From Gemmatimonadales bacterium (GTDB lineage Bacteria; Gemmatimonadota; Gemmatimonadetes; Gemmatimonadales; GWC2-71-9): DNA of 64,000 nt. The translations under genes were made by a program, and so were the position numbers. Below are positions 46,689 through 57,336 of the stretch, piece after piece. Numbering within the stretch: position 1 is the first letter of the stretch; the number at the start of each line of letters is the position of its first letter. The notes beneath the pieces were generated by a model. That model had not been told where the DNA came from, made no database searches, and was given only the letters and a program-made list of their open reading frames with translations. Location of the stretch: NCBI GenBank assembly GCA_036500345.1, contig DASYCE010000016.1, forward strand, positions 13,085-77,084. The letters are read 5' to 3'.

Positions 46689-47693
46689 TTACCCCACCGT
46701 CCTCCGCACGAACGGCCGATTCACCACCGTCGCCTGCCAGGTGCGATCACCCGACAACACCATCAGCGCCGTCCCCGGTGTCGCGGCGGTCGTCGGCAGC
46801 GCCGTCATCCCGATGATTCCAGCTCGGGGCGAATAACCGATCGACCGCACCCGATCGACCATCACTCCCGCCACGCGCACTCGCGATGAAATCGGGGGGA
46901 CCGACACCCCCGCCACGTGCAATCCGACGAGTCGCTTCATCGCCCCCGCCGTGCGCCGCGCCGCAAGCGCCGTCTCGCCGGGAAATGGCGCTCCCTTCCG
47001 CTCCGCCACCAATTCCTCGAGCCCCGCTTCGACCGGCGTGTCGCCAGGATCGATCTCGACGCCGACGTTGGCGATCCCCCACTCGAGCCGATGGAGCCGC
47101 CACGCCTCATCGTTGACCGGCACCACACCGGCGCGATCAAGCGTGGCCACCAGCGTCGCGCGGTCACGACTCCTGCAGTAGAAGTCGATCCCTTCGGCGG
47201 TATCGGCGGTGGCACGTGCGGCGAAGACGTCGATGTCGCCGAAGCGCGCGGTGGTGAGATCGCCCGGCTCCATCGGAATCGGCGTGAGCCACGACGTCAT
47301 CCGCGCGACTGTCGCGGGCCCGCGCACCGCGATCACTCCCATGTCGTCGGAGATGTCACGCAGCCGGACGTTGCCACGCTTTCGCTCGAGGATGTGATCC
47401 CACGCGGCAGTCCGCTGCGCCGCGTCGACCAGGAGCATCACCCGCTCCGGGAAGCGATAGACGGTGACTCGATCGAGAATCGACGCGTCGTCGCGCAGGA
47501 TCAGCGAATGAACGAAGTGCCCCGGCGGGAGGATCGAGAGATCGGCGGTCACGACGCGATTGACGAAGGCGTGCGAGTCGGCGCCGGCGACTTCGATCAG
47601 GCCGAGTCCGTTGGCAACCCAGCTCGCCGCGCCAGAGACCAGCGCGCGATAGCCGTCAGTGAGATACTCGCTCGATTCGATCGCCTGACTCAT
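46689..47693 (-). CDS. GcvT/YgfZ-like folate-binding aminomethyltransferase family protein
   Basis: IEVAGADS..FVN, AVRGP, RLEWG, TPVEAGL, KRLVGL. Confidence 0.8.
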   Translation of the reverse strand: MSQAIESSEYLTDGYRALVSGAASWVANGLGLIEVAGADSHAFVNRVVTADLSILPPGHFVHSLILRDDASILDRVTVYRFPERVMLLVDAAQRTAAWDHILERKRGNVRLRDISDDMGVIAVRGPATVARMTSWLTPIPMEPGDLTTARFGDIDVFAARATADTAEGIDFYCRSRDRATLVATLDRAGVVPVNDEAWRLHRLEWGIANVGVEIDPGDTPVEAGLEELVAERKGAPFPGETALAARRTAGAMKRLVGLHVAGVSVPPISSRVRVAGVMVDRVRSIGYSPRAGIIGMTALPTTAATPGTALMVLSGDRTWQATVVNRPFVRRTVG

Positions 47694-48592
47694 TGCACGC
47701 CGCCCATCAGCATCGCCATCAACGCCTTCTGCGCGTGCATCCGGTTCTCCGCTTCGTCCCACACCCGCGACTGCGCCCCTTCGAGCACGCCTTCACTGAT
47801 CTCCTCGCCACGATGCGCCGGGAGACAGTGCAGCACGATCGCATCCGGCGCGGCCGCGCGCATCAGCGCCTCGTCGACGCAATAGCCAGCGAACGCCTGC
47901 TGCCGCACCGCCGTTTCGCCCTCCTGGCCCATCGACGCCCAGACATCGGTGTTGACGACATGCGCGCCGGCAATTGCCTCCTCCGGATCTTCGGTCACGA
48001 GGAGCCGCGCGCGGGACGAATTCGCCTCGAAGATGGTGCGGTCGGGTTCATATCCCGCCGGGCAGGCGAGGCGCACGTCGAATCCGAAGAGGCCGGCCGC
48101 TTCGATCCACGAGTTGGCCATGTTGTTGCCGTCGCCGATCCATGCGACGACGCGGTCGGCGATCGAACCGAACTCTTCCTGCACCGTGAGGAGATCGGCA
48201 AGAAGCTGGCACGGGTGGAGCAGGTCGGTGAGGCCGTTGATCACCGGCACATCGGCGAATTGCGCCAGCTCCTCGACGTCGCGCTGCGCAAAGGTGCGGA
48301 TCATGATCCCGTCGACGTAGCGCGACAGGACGCGTGCGGTATCGCGAATCGGTTCACCACGTCCCAGTTGAATATCTCGCGACGAGAGGAAGAGCGGATC
48401 GGCGCCGAGCTGGCGGGCGCCAACTTCAAACGAGACGCGAGTGCGGGTCGAACTCTTGGCGAAGATCAGGGCAATCGATTGGCCCTGGAGCGGGCGATCG
48501 CGGTACTCGCCGGACTTCATGCTGAGCGCCAGGTCGAGGAGCGCCTGGCAGTCGCTGCGAGTGATATCGCTGAAGGAGAGAAGGTCCTGCAT
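47690..48592 (-). CDS. argF: ornithine carbamoyltransferase
   Basis: KSSTRTRVSFE, HPCQLLAD, TDVWASMGQE, HCLPAHRGEE. Confidence 0.96.
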   Translation of the reverse strand: MQDLLSFSDITRSDCQALLDLALSMKSGEYRDRPLQGQSIALIFAKSSTRTRVSFEVGARQLGADPLFLSSRDIQLGRGEPIRDTARVLSRYVDGIMIRTFAQRDVEELAQFADVPVINGLTDLLHPCQLLADLLTVQEEFGSIADRVVAWIGDGNNMANSWIEAAGLFGFDVRLACPAGYEPDRTIFEANSSRARLLVTEDPEEAIAGAHVVNTDVWASMGQEGETAVRQQAFAGYCVDEALMRAAAPDAIVLHCLPAHRGEEISEGVLEGAQSRVWDEAENRMHAQKALMAMLMGGVQ

Positions 48593-48734
48593 GCCTCGTC
48601 CGGATGGCGTGGGTCCGATGACCGGTGGAGGATAGGGGACGATCGGGAGCGGAACAAGGCGCGGTGTGCCCCCGCGACGCCTCGCCATCGTCCCAATCGC
48701 GATAGCGGCGTGCTCAGGATCGAGGCGGCAACTC

Positions 48735-49106
48735 ATGGCGGCAGCAGGACAACGGCGATGGGTCGTTCCCGACGGATACATCCCGCCGTCGAGTACCGGC
48801 ACGTCGCGGCCGCTCATCAGCCACGACGCGCTCTGCATCCTCAATGCCGGTGACGACGAGGCGCAGGTCACGCTGCAGATCTTCTTTGCCGACCGCGAAC
48901 CGGTGGGACCGTACTGCCTCACCGTCGCAGCGCGCCGCACGCTGCATCTTCGCTTCAACGAACTCTCCGATCCGGAGCCGGTGCCGACCGGGACTGACTA
49001 CGCCACGGTCATCGAGTCGGATCAGCCGATCGTGGTGCAGCATACCCGGCTCGATTCGCGCCAGCCGGCCCTCGCACTGATGACCACCATCGCCTGCCCC
49101 ATCTAG
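48735..49106 (+). CDS. Anabaena sensory rhodopsin transducer (ASRT) family protein
   Basis: W..PDGYIP, SHD.LCILN, V.ARRTLHLRFN.L.DPEP.P, VVQHTRLDSRQ. Confidence 0.88.
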   Translation: MAAAGQRRWVVPDGYIPPSSTGTSRPLISHDALCILNAGDDEAQVTLQIFFADREPVGPYCLTVAARRTLHLRFNELSDPEPVPTGTDYATVIESDQPIVVQHTRLDSRQPALALMTTIACPI

Positions 49107-49151
49107 CGAGTCCACACCCACGCGCCGCCGGCGCAATTCAAGGAGCGCCCG

Positions 49152-50906
49152 ATGGCCAAAACTGTCGCCGATCTGCTGGTCGAACGCCTGATCGCATGGA
49201 AGGTCAACACGATTTTCGGATTTCCCGGCGATGGCATCAACGGGATCTTCGAAGCGCTGCGCACCCGGCAGGACAAGATCCGATTCATCCAGGTCCGCCA
49301 CGAAGAAGCCGCTGCATTCGCCGCCTGCGGCTATGCCAAGTACACCGGCCGACTCGGCGTCTGCCTCGCCACATCGGGGCCGGGCGGGATCCATCTTCTC
49401 AACGGACTCTACGACGCCAAGTGCGACGGCCAGCCGGTCCTCGCGATCACCGGTCACACCTTCCACGACCTGATCGGCACCAACTATCAGCAGGATGTCG
49501 ATCTCGACAAGCTGTACATCGACGTCGCGGCCTACAATCAGCGGATCATGGGGGCGGCGCATGTGGAGAGTGTTGTCGACCTGGCGATCAAGACCGCGCT
49601 CGGCCGGCGCACGGTGAGTCACATCACCATCCCCAAGGACATCCAGGAGTGGAAGGCGTCGGATGCCAAACGCTCCGAGGCCAACGTCGCCGATCACAGC
49701 GCCGATTTCTACGCCGCCGCGCATCCGATTCCGCCGCACGCCACACTGGCGCGCGCGGCCGACCTGATCAACGCCGGGTCGAAGGTGGCGATCCTCGCCG
49801 GCCGCGGCGCGCTCGGCGCCCGCGCGGCAGTGCTCCGTCTTGCTGAACTGGTTGGTGGCCCGATCGTCAAGCCGCTGCTCGGCAAGGGAGTGGTTCCCGA
49901 CGACAGTCCGTACACCACCGGTGGAATCGGCCTGTTGGGCACCGCGCCGTCACAGGACGCACTCGCCGAGTGCGACACGCTGATCATCGCCGGCAGCGGC
50001 TTCCCGTACATGGAGTTCTACCCCGAACCGGGTAATGCGCGCGCGGTGCAGATCGATGTCGACTCAAGCCGCATCGGACTCCGCTATCCGGTCGAGGTGG
50101 GACTGGTGGGCGATTGCCGCACGGTGCTGGGGGCGCTCCTGCCGCTGATTCAGCAGAAGAGCGACCGGAGCTTCCTGGAGAGTGCGCAGGAACGGATGAC
50201 CGACTGGCGCAAGGTGATGACGGTGCGCGGCACGGTAACCGAGATGCCGATGAAGCCGCAGGTGCCGGCGTATGAACTCAACAAGCTCCTCGACCGCGAC
50301 GCGATCGTGTCGGCCGACAGCGGGACGATCGCGACCTGGGCGGCACGATACATCGACATGCGCGACGAGATGCAGTTCTCGCTGTCGGGATCGCTTGCCA
50401 CGATGGCGAATGGATTGCCGTACAGCATCGGCGCAGCGGTCGCCTACCCCGGGCGGCAGGTGGTCTGCATCGTGGGAGACGGTGGCTTCACGATGCTGAT
50501 GGGAGAAGTGGCGACGCTGGTGAAATACAAGCTCCCGGTCAAGGTGCTGATCATCAAGAACAACGTGCTCGGCGAGATCAAGTGGGAGCAGATGGTCCTC
50601 GACGGCAATCCGGAATTCGGAGTCGAGCTGCAGCCGATCGACTTCGCGGCGTACGCCCGCGCGTGCGGCGCCGGGGGCTACATGATCGACAAGCCCGGCG
50701 ACGCGGCCGCGATCCTGGCCGAGGCGCTGGCGCATCCGGGACCGGCGGTGATCGAAGCGGTGGTCGATCCCAACGAGCCGCCGATGCCGGGGAAGATCAG
50801 CACGAAACAGGCGGTGCACTTCATGGAGGCGCTGGTGCGCGGCGAGCGCGATCGCTGGGAGATCCTCAAGACGGTACTCAAGGACAAGGTGCGGGAGGTC
50901 GTGTAA
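49152..50906 (+). CDS. TPP-dependent pyruvate oxidase/dehydrogenase (PoxB-like)
   Basis: FGFPGDGING, VRHEE, TSGPGGIHLLNGLYDA, GDGG...NN. Confidence 0.9.
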   Translation: MAKTVADLLVERLIAWKVNTIFGFPGDGINGIFEALRTRQDKIRFIQVRHEEAAAFAACGYAKYTGRLGVCLATSGPGGIHLLNGLYDAKCDGQPVLAITGHTFHDLIGTNYQQDVDLDKLYIDVAAYNQRIMGAAHVESVVDLAIKTALGRRTVSHITIPKDIQEWKASDAKRSEANVADHSADFYAAAHPIPPHATLARAADLINAGSKVAILAGRGALGARAAVLRLAELVGGPIVKPLLGKGVVPDDSPYTTGGIGLLGTAPSQDALAECDTLIIAGSGFPYMEFYPEPGNARAVQIDVDSSRIGLRYPVEVGLVGDCRTVLGALLPLIQQKSDRSFLESAQERMTDWRKVMTVRGTVTEMPMKPQVPAYELNKLLDRDAIVSADSGTIATWAARYIDMRDEMQFSLSGSLATMANGLPYSIGAAVAYPGRQVVCIVGDGGFTMLMGEVATLVKYKLPVKVLIIKNNVLGEIKWEQMVLDGNPEFGVELQPIDFAAYARACGAGGYMIDKPGDAAAILAEALAHPGPAVIEAVVDPNEPPMPGKISTKQAVHFMEALVRGERDRWEILKTVLKDKVREVV

Positions 50907-52010
50907 GTGGACAGCGGGGATGCAGTGCCGGTCACCGCCGTCGCGGTGTCGGTGTATCGGGTGCCGACCGACACGCCGAACGAATCCGACGGCACGCTGG
51001 TCTGGAATGCTACGACGATGGTGCTGGTGGAAATCACGGCAGGCGGGATTACTGGACTCGGGTACACCTACGCCGACACTGCGACAGCGCAACTGATCCG
51101 CGACCTGCTCGCCGATCTGGTGGTGGGGAAGAACTCGATGGCGCCGGGCGATATCTGGCGGGTGCTCGGCGCCGCGGTGCGCAACCTCGGGCGGTCGGGG
51201 ATCGCGTCGATGGCGATCGCGGCTGTGGATGTGGCGCTCTGGGATCTCAAGGGGCGACTCCTCGCTCTCCCGCTCGCGACCCTTCTCGGCGCAGTTCGGC
51301 GGTCCGTGCCGGTCTACGGCAGCGGCGGATTCACGTCGTACTCCATCACACAACTGCAGGAGCAATTGACCGGCTGGGTTGGCGCGGGGATTCCGCGCGT
51401 CAAGATGAAGGTCGGGCGCGACGCGAGCGCCGACGTACAGCGCGTGGCTGCGGCGCGCGCGGCGATCGGCGATGCAGAGCTCTTTGTTGACGCCAATGGC
51501 GCGTACGATCGGAAGGAAGCGTTGCGACAGGCGGAGCGCTTTCGCGATTCGGGCGTGACCTGGTTCGAGGAACCGGTGTATCACGGCGATCTCGAAGGGC
51601 TTCGCCTCTGCCGTGATCGCGCGCCGGTGCAGATGGAGATCTCGGTCGGCGAGTACGGCTACGTGACGTCGGACTTCGCGCACATCCTCAATGCCGGCGC
51701 CGTCGACGTCCTGCAGGCCGACGCCACGCGGTGCGAAGGGATCACCGGGTTGCTCCTCGTCGATGCACTCTGTGAGGCGCGCAACATGCCGTTATCGACG
51801 CACTGCGCACCGGCTCTCCACCTGCACGTGGATTGCGCGTTGAAGCGGCTGCGGCACGCCGAGTATTTCCATGATCATGTCCGGATCGAGCGGCTCTTCT
51901 TCGACGGCGTCAGTGCACCAGTCGATGGCGAGCTGTTTCCCGATCTCACGCGTCCGGGGATGGGACTCGACTTCAAGCGCAACGATGCCTCGCAGTGGCT
52001 GGTGGGATAG
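50907..52010 (+). CDS. mandelate racemase/muconate lactonizing enzyme family protein
   Basis: DVALWDLKG, KMKVG, VDANG, WFEEP, GEY. Confidence 0.9.
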   Translation: MDSGDAVPVTAVAVSVYRVPTDTPNESDGTLVWNATTMVLVEITAGGITGLGYTYADTATAQLIRDLLADLVVGKNSMAPGDIWRVLGAAVRNLGRSGIASMAIAAVDVALWDLKGRLLALPLATLLGAVRRSVPVYGSGGFTSYSITQLQEQLTGWVGAGIPRVKMKVGRDASADVQRVAAARAAIGDAELFVDANGAYDRKEALRQAERFRDSGVTWFEEPVYHGDLEGLRLCRDRAPVQMEISVGEYGYVTSDFAHILNAGAVDVLQADATRCEGITGLLLVDALCEARNMPLSTHCAPALHLHVDCALKRLRHAEYFHDHVRIERLFFDGVSAPVDGELFPDLTRPGMGLDFKRNDASQWLVG

Positions 52011-52012
52011 CG

Positions 52013-55006
52013 ATGACGCGACGCGACGAACTGGTGCCGCTCACGCGACGAGCTCCAGAGGCGCCGCCGGCGACGAAGCCGCGCCCCGACGCGGTTCACG
52101 CATTAGCGGAGATCGACGTCAGCGCGCTCGCCGATGCGCTGTCGCGCGAGGTCGAGGGTGAAGTCCGCTTCAACGACGGCGATCGTGCCCTCTATTCAAC
52201 CGACGCCTCCAACTACCGGCAGATACCTGTCGGCGTCGTCGTGCCGAAGACGATCGACGACGTGGTGCGCACCGTCGCGACGTGCCGCGCGTTCAACGTG
52301 CCGATCACGGCGCGCGGCGGCGCCACCGATCTCGCGGGGTCGACCTGCAACGCCGCGGTGGTGATCGACATGAGCAAGTATCTCAATCATGTGACCTCGA
52401 TCGATTGGGACGCTCGCGTTGCCACGGTCGAGCCGGGCACCGTGCTCGACGACCTCCGGCATCAGGCGGAGACGCATCACCTCACCTTCGGTCCCGACCC
52501 CGCCACGCATGATCGGAACACGCTTGGCGGGATGATCGGCAACAACTCGTGCGGGATGCATGCGCAGATGGCGGGGAAGGTCGAGGAGAATACATCGGCG
52601 CTGGAGATCCTGACGTACGACGGCCTGCGGATGTGGGTCGGGCCGACGAGCGAGGAGGAGGTGGCGTCGATCATCGCGGAGGGCGGACGGCGCGGCGAGA
52701 TCTACGCGAGGCTCAAGGCGATTCGCGACGAATACGGCGAAGAGATCCGCGCGCGCTTTCCGAAGATACCGCGCCTCGTCTCCGGCTATCCGCTGCACCA
52801 GCTGCTGCCGGAGAACGGTTTCAACGTCGCGCGTGCGCTGGTCGGGACCGAGAACACGTGCGTTACAGTGCTGCAGGCGCGGCTGCGACTGGTGCCAAGT
52901 CCGCCCTGCCGCACGCTGGTGGTCTTCGCCTTCGACGACATCTTCACCGCGGGGGACCAGGTCGCCTTCTGCAATGCGCACAAGCCGATCGCCCTAGAGG
53001 GGATCGACGGCAGCATGTTCACGTACATGCACGACAAGGGGATGTCGACGTCGGGACGCGACATGCTTCCCAAGGGGAACGCGTGGCTGGTGGTGGAGTT
53101 TGGCGGCGACACGACCGACGACGCCGATGCGCAGGCGCGCGAGCTGATGAAGGCGTTCGCGGAGACGCCGCTCAATCCGCCCGGAAAGCTCTTCGACAAC
53201 CCGGCGGAGGAGAAGCTGCTCTGGAAGATCCGCGAATCGGGACTTGGCTCGACCTCCAAGATTCCGAACGATCCCGACTTCTACCCCGGCTGGGAAGACT
53301 CCGCCGTCGGACCCGAGGATGTCGGCAAGTATCTGCGCGGATTGCAGGCGCTCTTCGACAAGTACGGATATACCGCGTCGCTGTACGGGCATTTCGGGCA
53401 GGGATGCATCCACTGCAGCATCGATTTCGACCTCTACAGCGCCGAAGGGATCGCGAAGTGGAAGGAGTTCCTCACCGAGGCCGCCCATCTCGTCGTCTCG
53501 TTCGGCGGATCGCTGTCGGGGGAACATGGCGACGGCCAGGCGCGCGGCACATTGCTGCCGATCATGTTCGGCGACCGGCTGATGGAGGCGTTTCGCGAGT
53601 TCAAGGCGATCTGGGATCCCCTCGGCCGGATGAACCCCGGGAAGGTGATCGACGCCTATCCGGTCGATGAGAATCTCCGCTGGGGAACGCATTACCACCC
53701 ATGGGAACCGGAAACGCATTTCTCCTTCGCCGACGATCGCGGCTCCTTTGCGTATGCCGCCAATCGCTGTGTCGGCACCGGGAAGTGCCGCAAGCACGAC
53801 AGCGGCACGATGTGTCCGAGCTACATGGCGACGCGCGAAGAGAAGCATTCGACTCGCGGGCGATCGCGCCTCCTCTTCGAAATGCTCGAAGGGAATCCGC
53901 TCCGCAACGGCTGGCGCGACGAGGCGGTGAAGGATGCGCTCGATCTCTGCCTGTCATGCAAGGGGTGCCGCGGCGAGTGCCCGGTCAATGTCGACATGGC
54001 GACGTACAAGTCCGAATTCCTGTCGCACTACTACGCGGGGCGCTGGCGCCCAATGGCTGCGTACGCCTTCGGATTGATGCCCTGGTGGGCGCGCGCGGCG
54101 GGACATATGCCGAGCGTCGTGAATTTCTTCACGCAGACGCCGGGGCTCCGCACCATCGCGAAGGCGATTGCGACGATGGCGCCGGAGCGCAGTATCCCGG
54201 TCTTTGCACCGCAGACGTTTGTCTCGTGGTTCCGGAAGCGCGCGGTCCGCAACGCCGACAGGCCGGCGGTGCTCCTCTGGCCCGACACCTGGAACAATCA
54301 TTTCCATCCGACGACCGCGCAGGCCGCCGTCGAGGTGCTCGAAGCGGCCGGCTTTCGGGTCACGCTCCCTGCGGTTTCGCTCTGTTGCGGCCGCCCGCTG
54401 TACGACTACGGGATGCTGCCGCTGGCGCGGAAGTTCCTGCTCAAGACGCTCGACGCGCTGCGTCCGCAGATTCGCGATGGCATCCCCGTCGTGGGACTCG
54501 AGCCGAGTTGCGTCTCGGTCTTTCGCGACGAACTCGGCAACATGCTTCCGCATGACGAGGATGCGAAGCGCCTTGGTCGCCAGACACTCATGCTGAGCGA
54601 ATTCCTCCAGGACGAGGCACCGGACTTCAACATCCCGGCGCTGCAGCGGAAGGCGATCGTTCAGGGACATTGCCACCATAAGGCGGTTCTCCGGTTCGAC
54701 GCCGAAGAGGCGCTGCTCAAGAGAAGCGGACTCGATCACACCGTCCTCGACTCGGGTTGCTGCGGCATGGCTGGGGCATTCGGCTTCGAACGCGGCGCGC
54801 ATCATGACGTCTCGATCGCCTGTGGCGAGCGCGTCCTGCTCCCGGCGGTCCGCGCCGCCGGGGCCGACACGCTGATTGTGGCGGACGGTTTCAGCTGTCG
54901 CGAGCAGATCTCGCAGACGACAGGACGCAGAGCGCTGCACATCGCCGAGCTGCTCAAGATGGCGCTCGACGGCGCCGCCACATCCGCGCAGGCGCACCGG
55001 CAATGA
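52013..55006 (+). CDS. FAD- and Fe-S-binding oxidoreductase (GlcD/GlcF-type fusion)
   Basis: YSTDASNY, GGMIGNNSCG, SGEHGDG, CLSCKGC..ECP, CCG domains. Confidence 0.92.
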   Translation: MTRRDELVPLTRRAPEAPPATKPRPDAVHALAEIDVSALADALSREVEGEVRFNDGDRALYSTDASNYRQIPVGVVVPKTIDDVVRTVATCRAFNVPITARGGATDLAGSTCNAAVVIDMSKYLNHVTSIDWDARVATVEPGTVLDDLRHQAETHHLTFGPDPATHDRNTLGGMIGNNSCGMHAQMAGKVEENTSALEILTYDGLRMWVGPTSEEEVASIIAEGGRRGEIYARLKAIRDEYGEEIRARFPKIPRLVSGYPLHQLLPENGFNVARALVGTENTCVTVLQARLRLVPSPPCRTLVVFAFDDIFTAGDQVAFCNAHKPIALEGIDGSMFTYMHDKGMSTSGRDMLPKGNAWLVVEFGGDTTDDADAQARELMKAFAETPLNPPGKLFDNPAEEKLLWKIRESGLGSTSKIPNDPDFYPGWEDSAVGPEDVGKYLRGLQALFDKYGYTASLYGHFGQGCIHCSIDFDLYSAEGIAKWKEFLTEAAHLVVSFGGSLSGEHGDGQARGTLLPIMFGDRLMEAFREFKAIWDPLGRMNPGKVIDAYPVDENLRWGTHYHPWEPETHFSFADDRGSFAYAANRCVGTGKCRKHDSGTMCPSYMATREEKHSTRGRSRLLFEMLEGNPLRNGWRDEAVKDALDLCLSCKGCRGECPVNVDMATYKSEFLSHYYAGRWRPMAAYAFGLMPWWARAAGHMPSVVNFFTQTPGLRTIAKAIATMAPERSIPVFAPQTFVSWFRKRAVRNADRPAVLLWPDTWNNHFHPTTAQAAVEVLEAAGFRVTLPAVSLCCGRPLYDYGMLPLARKFLLKTLDALRPQIRDGIPVVGLEPSCVSVFRDELGNMLPHDEDAKRLGRQTLMLSEFLQDEAPDFNIPALQRKAIVQGHCHHKAVLRFDAEEALLKRSGLDHTVLDSGCCGMAGAFGFERGAHHDVSIACGERVLLPAVRAAGADTLIVADGFSCREQISQTTGRRALHIAELLKMALDGAATSAQAHRQ

Positions 55007-55019
55007 GGGGAACGACTCG

Positions 55020-56144
55020 ATGAAGGCGATTGCAATCACGCCCGGCAAAGCCGGCGCACGGATGATCGAACGGCCGGAACCGTCGATCACGGCGGGGGAC
55101 GAGATCAAGGTGCGCGTGCTGCAGGTCGGAATCTGCGGCACGGATCGCGAAGAAGTGTCCGGCGGCCGCGCAGCCGCTCCACCGGGTGCATCCGATCTCG
55201 TCATCGGGCATGAGATGCTCGGCCAGGTTGTCGCAGTTGGCGATGCCGTGAAGCGGGTCACCGCAGGCGATCATCTCGTCTTCACGGTGCGCCGCGGATG
55301 CAACCAGTGCGCGTCATGCGCCATGGGCCGGTCGGACATGTGTCAGAGTGGTCAGTATCGTGAGCGCGGGATCAAGGGGATCGATGGCTATCACGCGGAG
55401 TTTGTCGTCGACAAGGAAGTGTACGCCATCAAGGTGCCGGCGACGCTGGTCAACGTAGCCGTGCTCACCGAACCACTCTCGGTCGTGGAGAAGGCGATCG
55501 ACGAGGCCGGACATCTGCAGCGGGCACGCTGTCCCGATGTCGCGATCGCGGCTGACTGGCTGTTCGGGCGGCGCTGTCTCGTCGCAGGGCTCGGCCCGGT
55601 CGGGCTGCTCGCCGCGATGGTCCTGTCGCTGCGCGGCGCCGAGGTGTATGGGCTCGATGTGCTCGATGCGAACAGCGCGCGGCCGCAGTGGCTCGAGAAG
55701 ATCGGCGGCAAGTACATCGACGGTCGCGCGGTCCCGGCGGAGCGCGTCGCCGAGAAGGTCGCGCCGATGGACGTGGTGATCGAAGCGGCGGGGATCGCCA
55801 AGCTGGAGTTCAATCTGCTCGACGCACTGGCGTTGAACGGCGTCTGCGTCCTCACCGGCATTCCCGGCGGCGACCGGCCGCTGCAGATCCCCGGCGCCGA
55901 GATGGCGCGGCGTCTGGTGCTGGGGAATCAACTACTTGTGGGGAGCGTGAACGCGTCGGCCGGTCATTTCCGGATGGCAATCCAGGACCTCTCGCAAGCA
56001 GTGCTTCGGTGGCCGGGGCATGTCGAGAAGCTGCTGCAGCACTACCCGGTCGGAGATTTCGCCAAGCCGATGCAGCAGGCTCAGTCCGGCGCGATCAAGG
56101 AAGTCGTCGACTGGGCGACGGGCGCGTCAACGGAATCTCATTGA
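55020..56144 (+). CDS. zinc-dependent glucose 1-dehydrogenase (MDR family)
   Basis: GICGTD, GHE, TVRRGC..C..C, ERGI, GLGPVG, GSVNA. Confidence 0.85.
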   Translation: MKAIAITPGKAGARMIERPEPSITAGDEIKVRVLQVGICGTDREEVSGGRAAAPPGASDLVIGHEMLGQVVAVGDAVKRVTAGDHLVFTVRRGCNQCASCAMGRSDMCQSGQYRERGIKGIDGYHAEFVVDKEVYAIKVPATLVNVAVLTEPLSVVEKAIDEAGHLQRARCPDVAIAADWLFGRRCLVAGLGPVGLLAAMVLSLRGAEVYGLDVLDANSARPQWLEKIGGKYIDGRAVPAERVAEKVAPMDVVIEAAGIAKLEFNLLDALALNGVCVLTGIPGGDRPLQIPGAEMARRLVLGNQLLVGSVNASAGHFRMAIQDLSQAVLRWPGHVEKLLQHYPVGDFAKPMQQAQSGAIKEVVDWATGASTESH

Positions 56145-57283
56145 TCCGTTGATCGGCGCTCGACGCGAAAGCGGACGACTGCGGGGATGTCGTCGGCATC
56201 GCGCACCACCGCCCAGAGATATTCGCCGCGCACCAGAATATTCGGGCCGGATGCGATCGCGACGGGTGCGTCGATCGTCGCGATCTCCTTCCCCTTTTGA
56301 TTGAACACGTCGTAGCGAGTGTGACCACTGACTGCCGGGGTGAGCCGCACCCAGAGATTGTGGTCGTCATCGGACGCAAGACCGATGATGACCGGCTTGG
56401 TGCGGGGTACGTCACCGGCCGAAATGATCGATGCGTCGAGTTGGGCCTGGGTGAATGCCTTTCGCGCATTGGTGACGGCGCTGTCGCGTTCGGCCGCGCT
56501 CACAGCAACCGGCGCTGACGACCCACGAATGACCTGTTGCGTGTCGCCATGTTCGAGGCCAATGCGGTAGATGGCGTACGTCGCTCCCCAGGCACACCAG
56601 ACAAAGCCCATGGGATCGTACAGCGCCGGCATTGACGGGATGAACGGCACCGGCATCATCATCCCTCCGTGGCTCGATCGCCCTGACCATTGCGGGTACC
56701 TGGTATTCGCCGGCGCGCAGTTCGGAGTCGGAAGAGTGTCGGCGTGCTGGGTCTTCATGTTGCGCCGCTCGAGTCGCGATTGCGCCGAGACACCGGGTCG
56801 CGCTGGCACGTAGACCGGACTCAGGAGGCGGCCGGTCGCGTCGAAGGTGGCATCCCAGATGTAACCGAAGCTGGTCATCGCGGAGGGGACATCGCGGATG
56901 TACTCGCCGTCGTCGCGCCGTACGGAGTAGCGATGGTTGGCAGGATCGTTGACCCAGATCGTCCCGTCCGGGGCCCGCAGGAAGCCGTTGGGCTGCTCGA
57001 ATTCGCCGGGCCCTCCGCCGTTGCGGCCGATGGTCTTGAGGAACGCGCCCGAAGGCGAGAAGACCTTGATATTCTGCGCCTTGAAGTCGAGCACCAGGAC
57101 GTTGCCGTTCTTCGAGACTTCGAATCCGCGGATGTCGGCGAGTTCCGCCGCCGGATTCGGATCGGTCGACGATCCGAAGGTCGCCTCGGGGATGAGGCGC
57201 CAGCGGGCAACTCCCTGCGCAGAGAGCGGCGCCGCAACCAGGGCGGCCGCGGCAAGGGCGGAGACGAAGCGGTTGGGGTGCAT
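56138..57283 (-). CDS. secreted 6-bladed beta-propeller protein
   Basis: Signal peptide, IGRNGGGPGEF, DDDHNLWV, D.DDIP.VVRF. Confidence 0.8.
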   Translation of the reverse strand: MHPNRFVSALAAAALVAAPLSAQGVARWRLIPEATFGSSTDPNPAAELADIRGFEVSKNGNVLVLDFKAQNIKVFSPSGAFLKTIGRNGGGPGEFEQPNGFLRAPDGTIWVNDPANHRYSVRRDDGEYIRDVPSAMTSFGYIWDATFDATGRLLSPVYVPARPGVSAQSRLERRNMKTQHADTLPTPNCAPANTRYPQWSGRSSHGGMMMPVPFIPSMPALYDPMGFVWCAWGATYAIYRIGLEHGDTQQVIRGSSAPVAVSAAERDSAVTNARKAFTQAQLDASIISAGDVPRTKPVIIGLASDDDHNLWVRLTPAVSGHTRYDVFNQKGKEIATIDAPVAIASGPNILVRGEYLWAVVRDADDIPAVVRFRVERRSTDQ

Positions 57284-57336
57284 GAGTTGAGGATACGGCT
57301 CGATCGCGGGAATGCCAATGGTGGCGGGCTGAGCGG

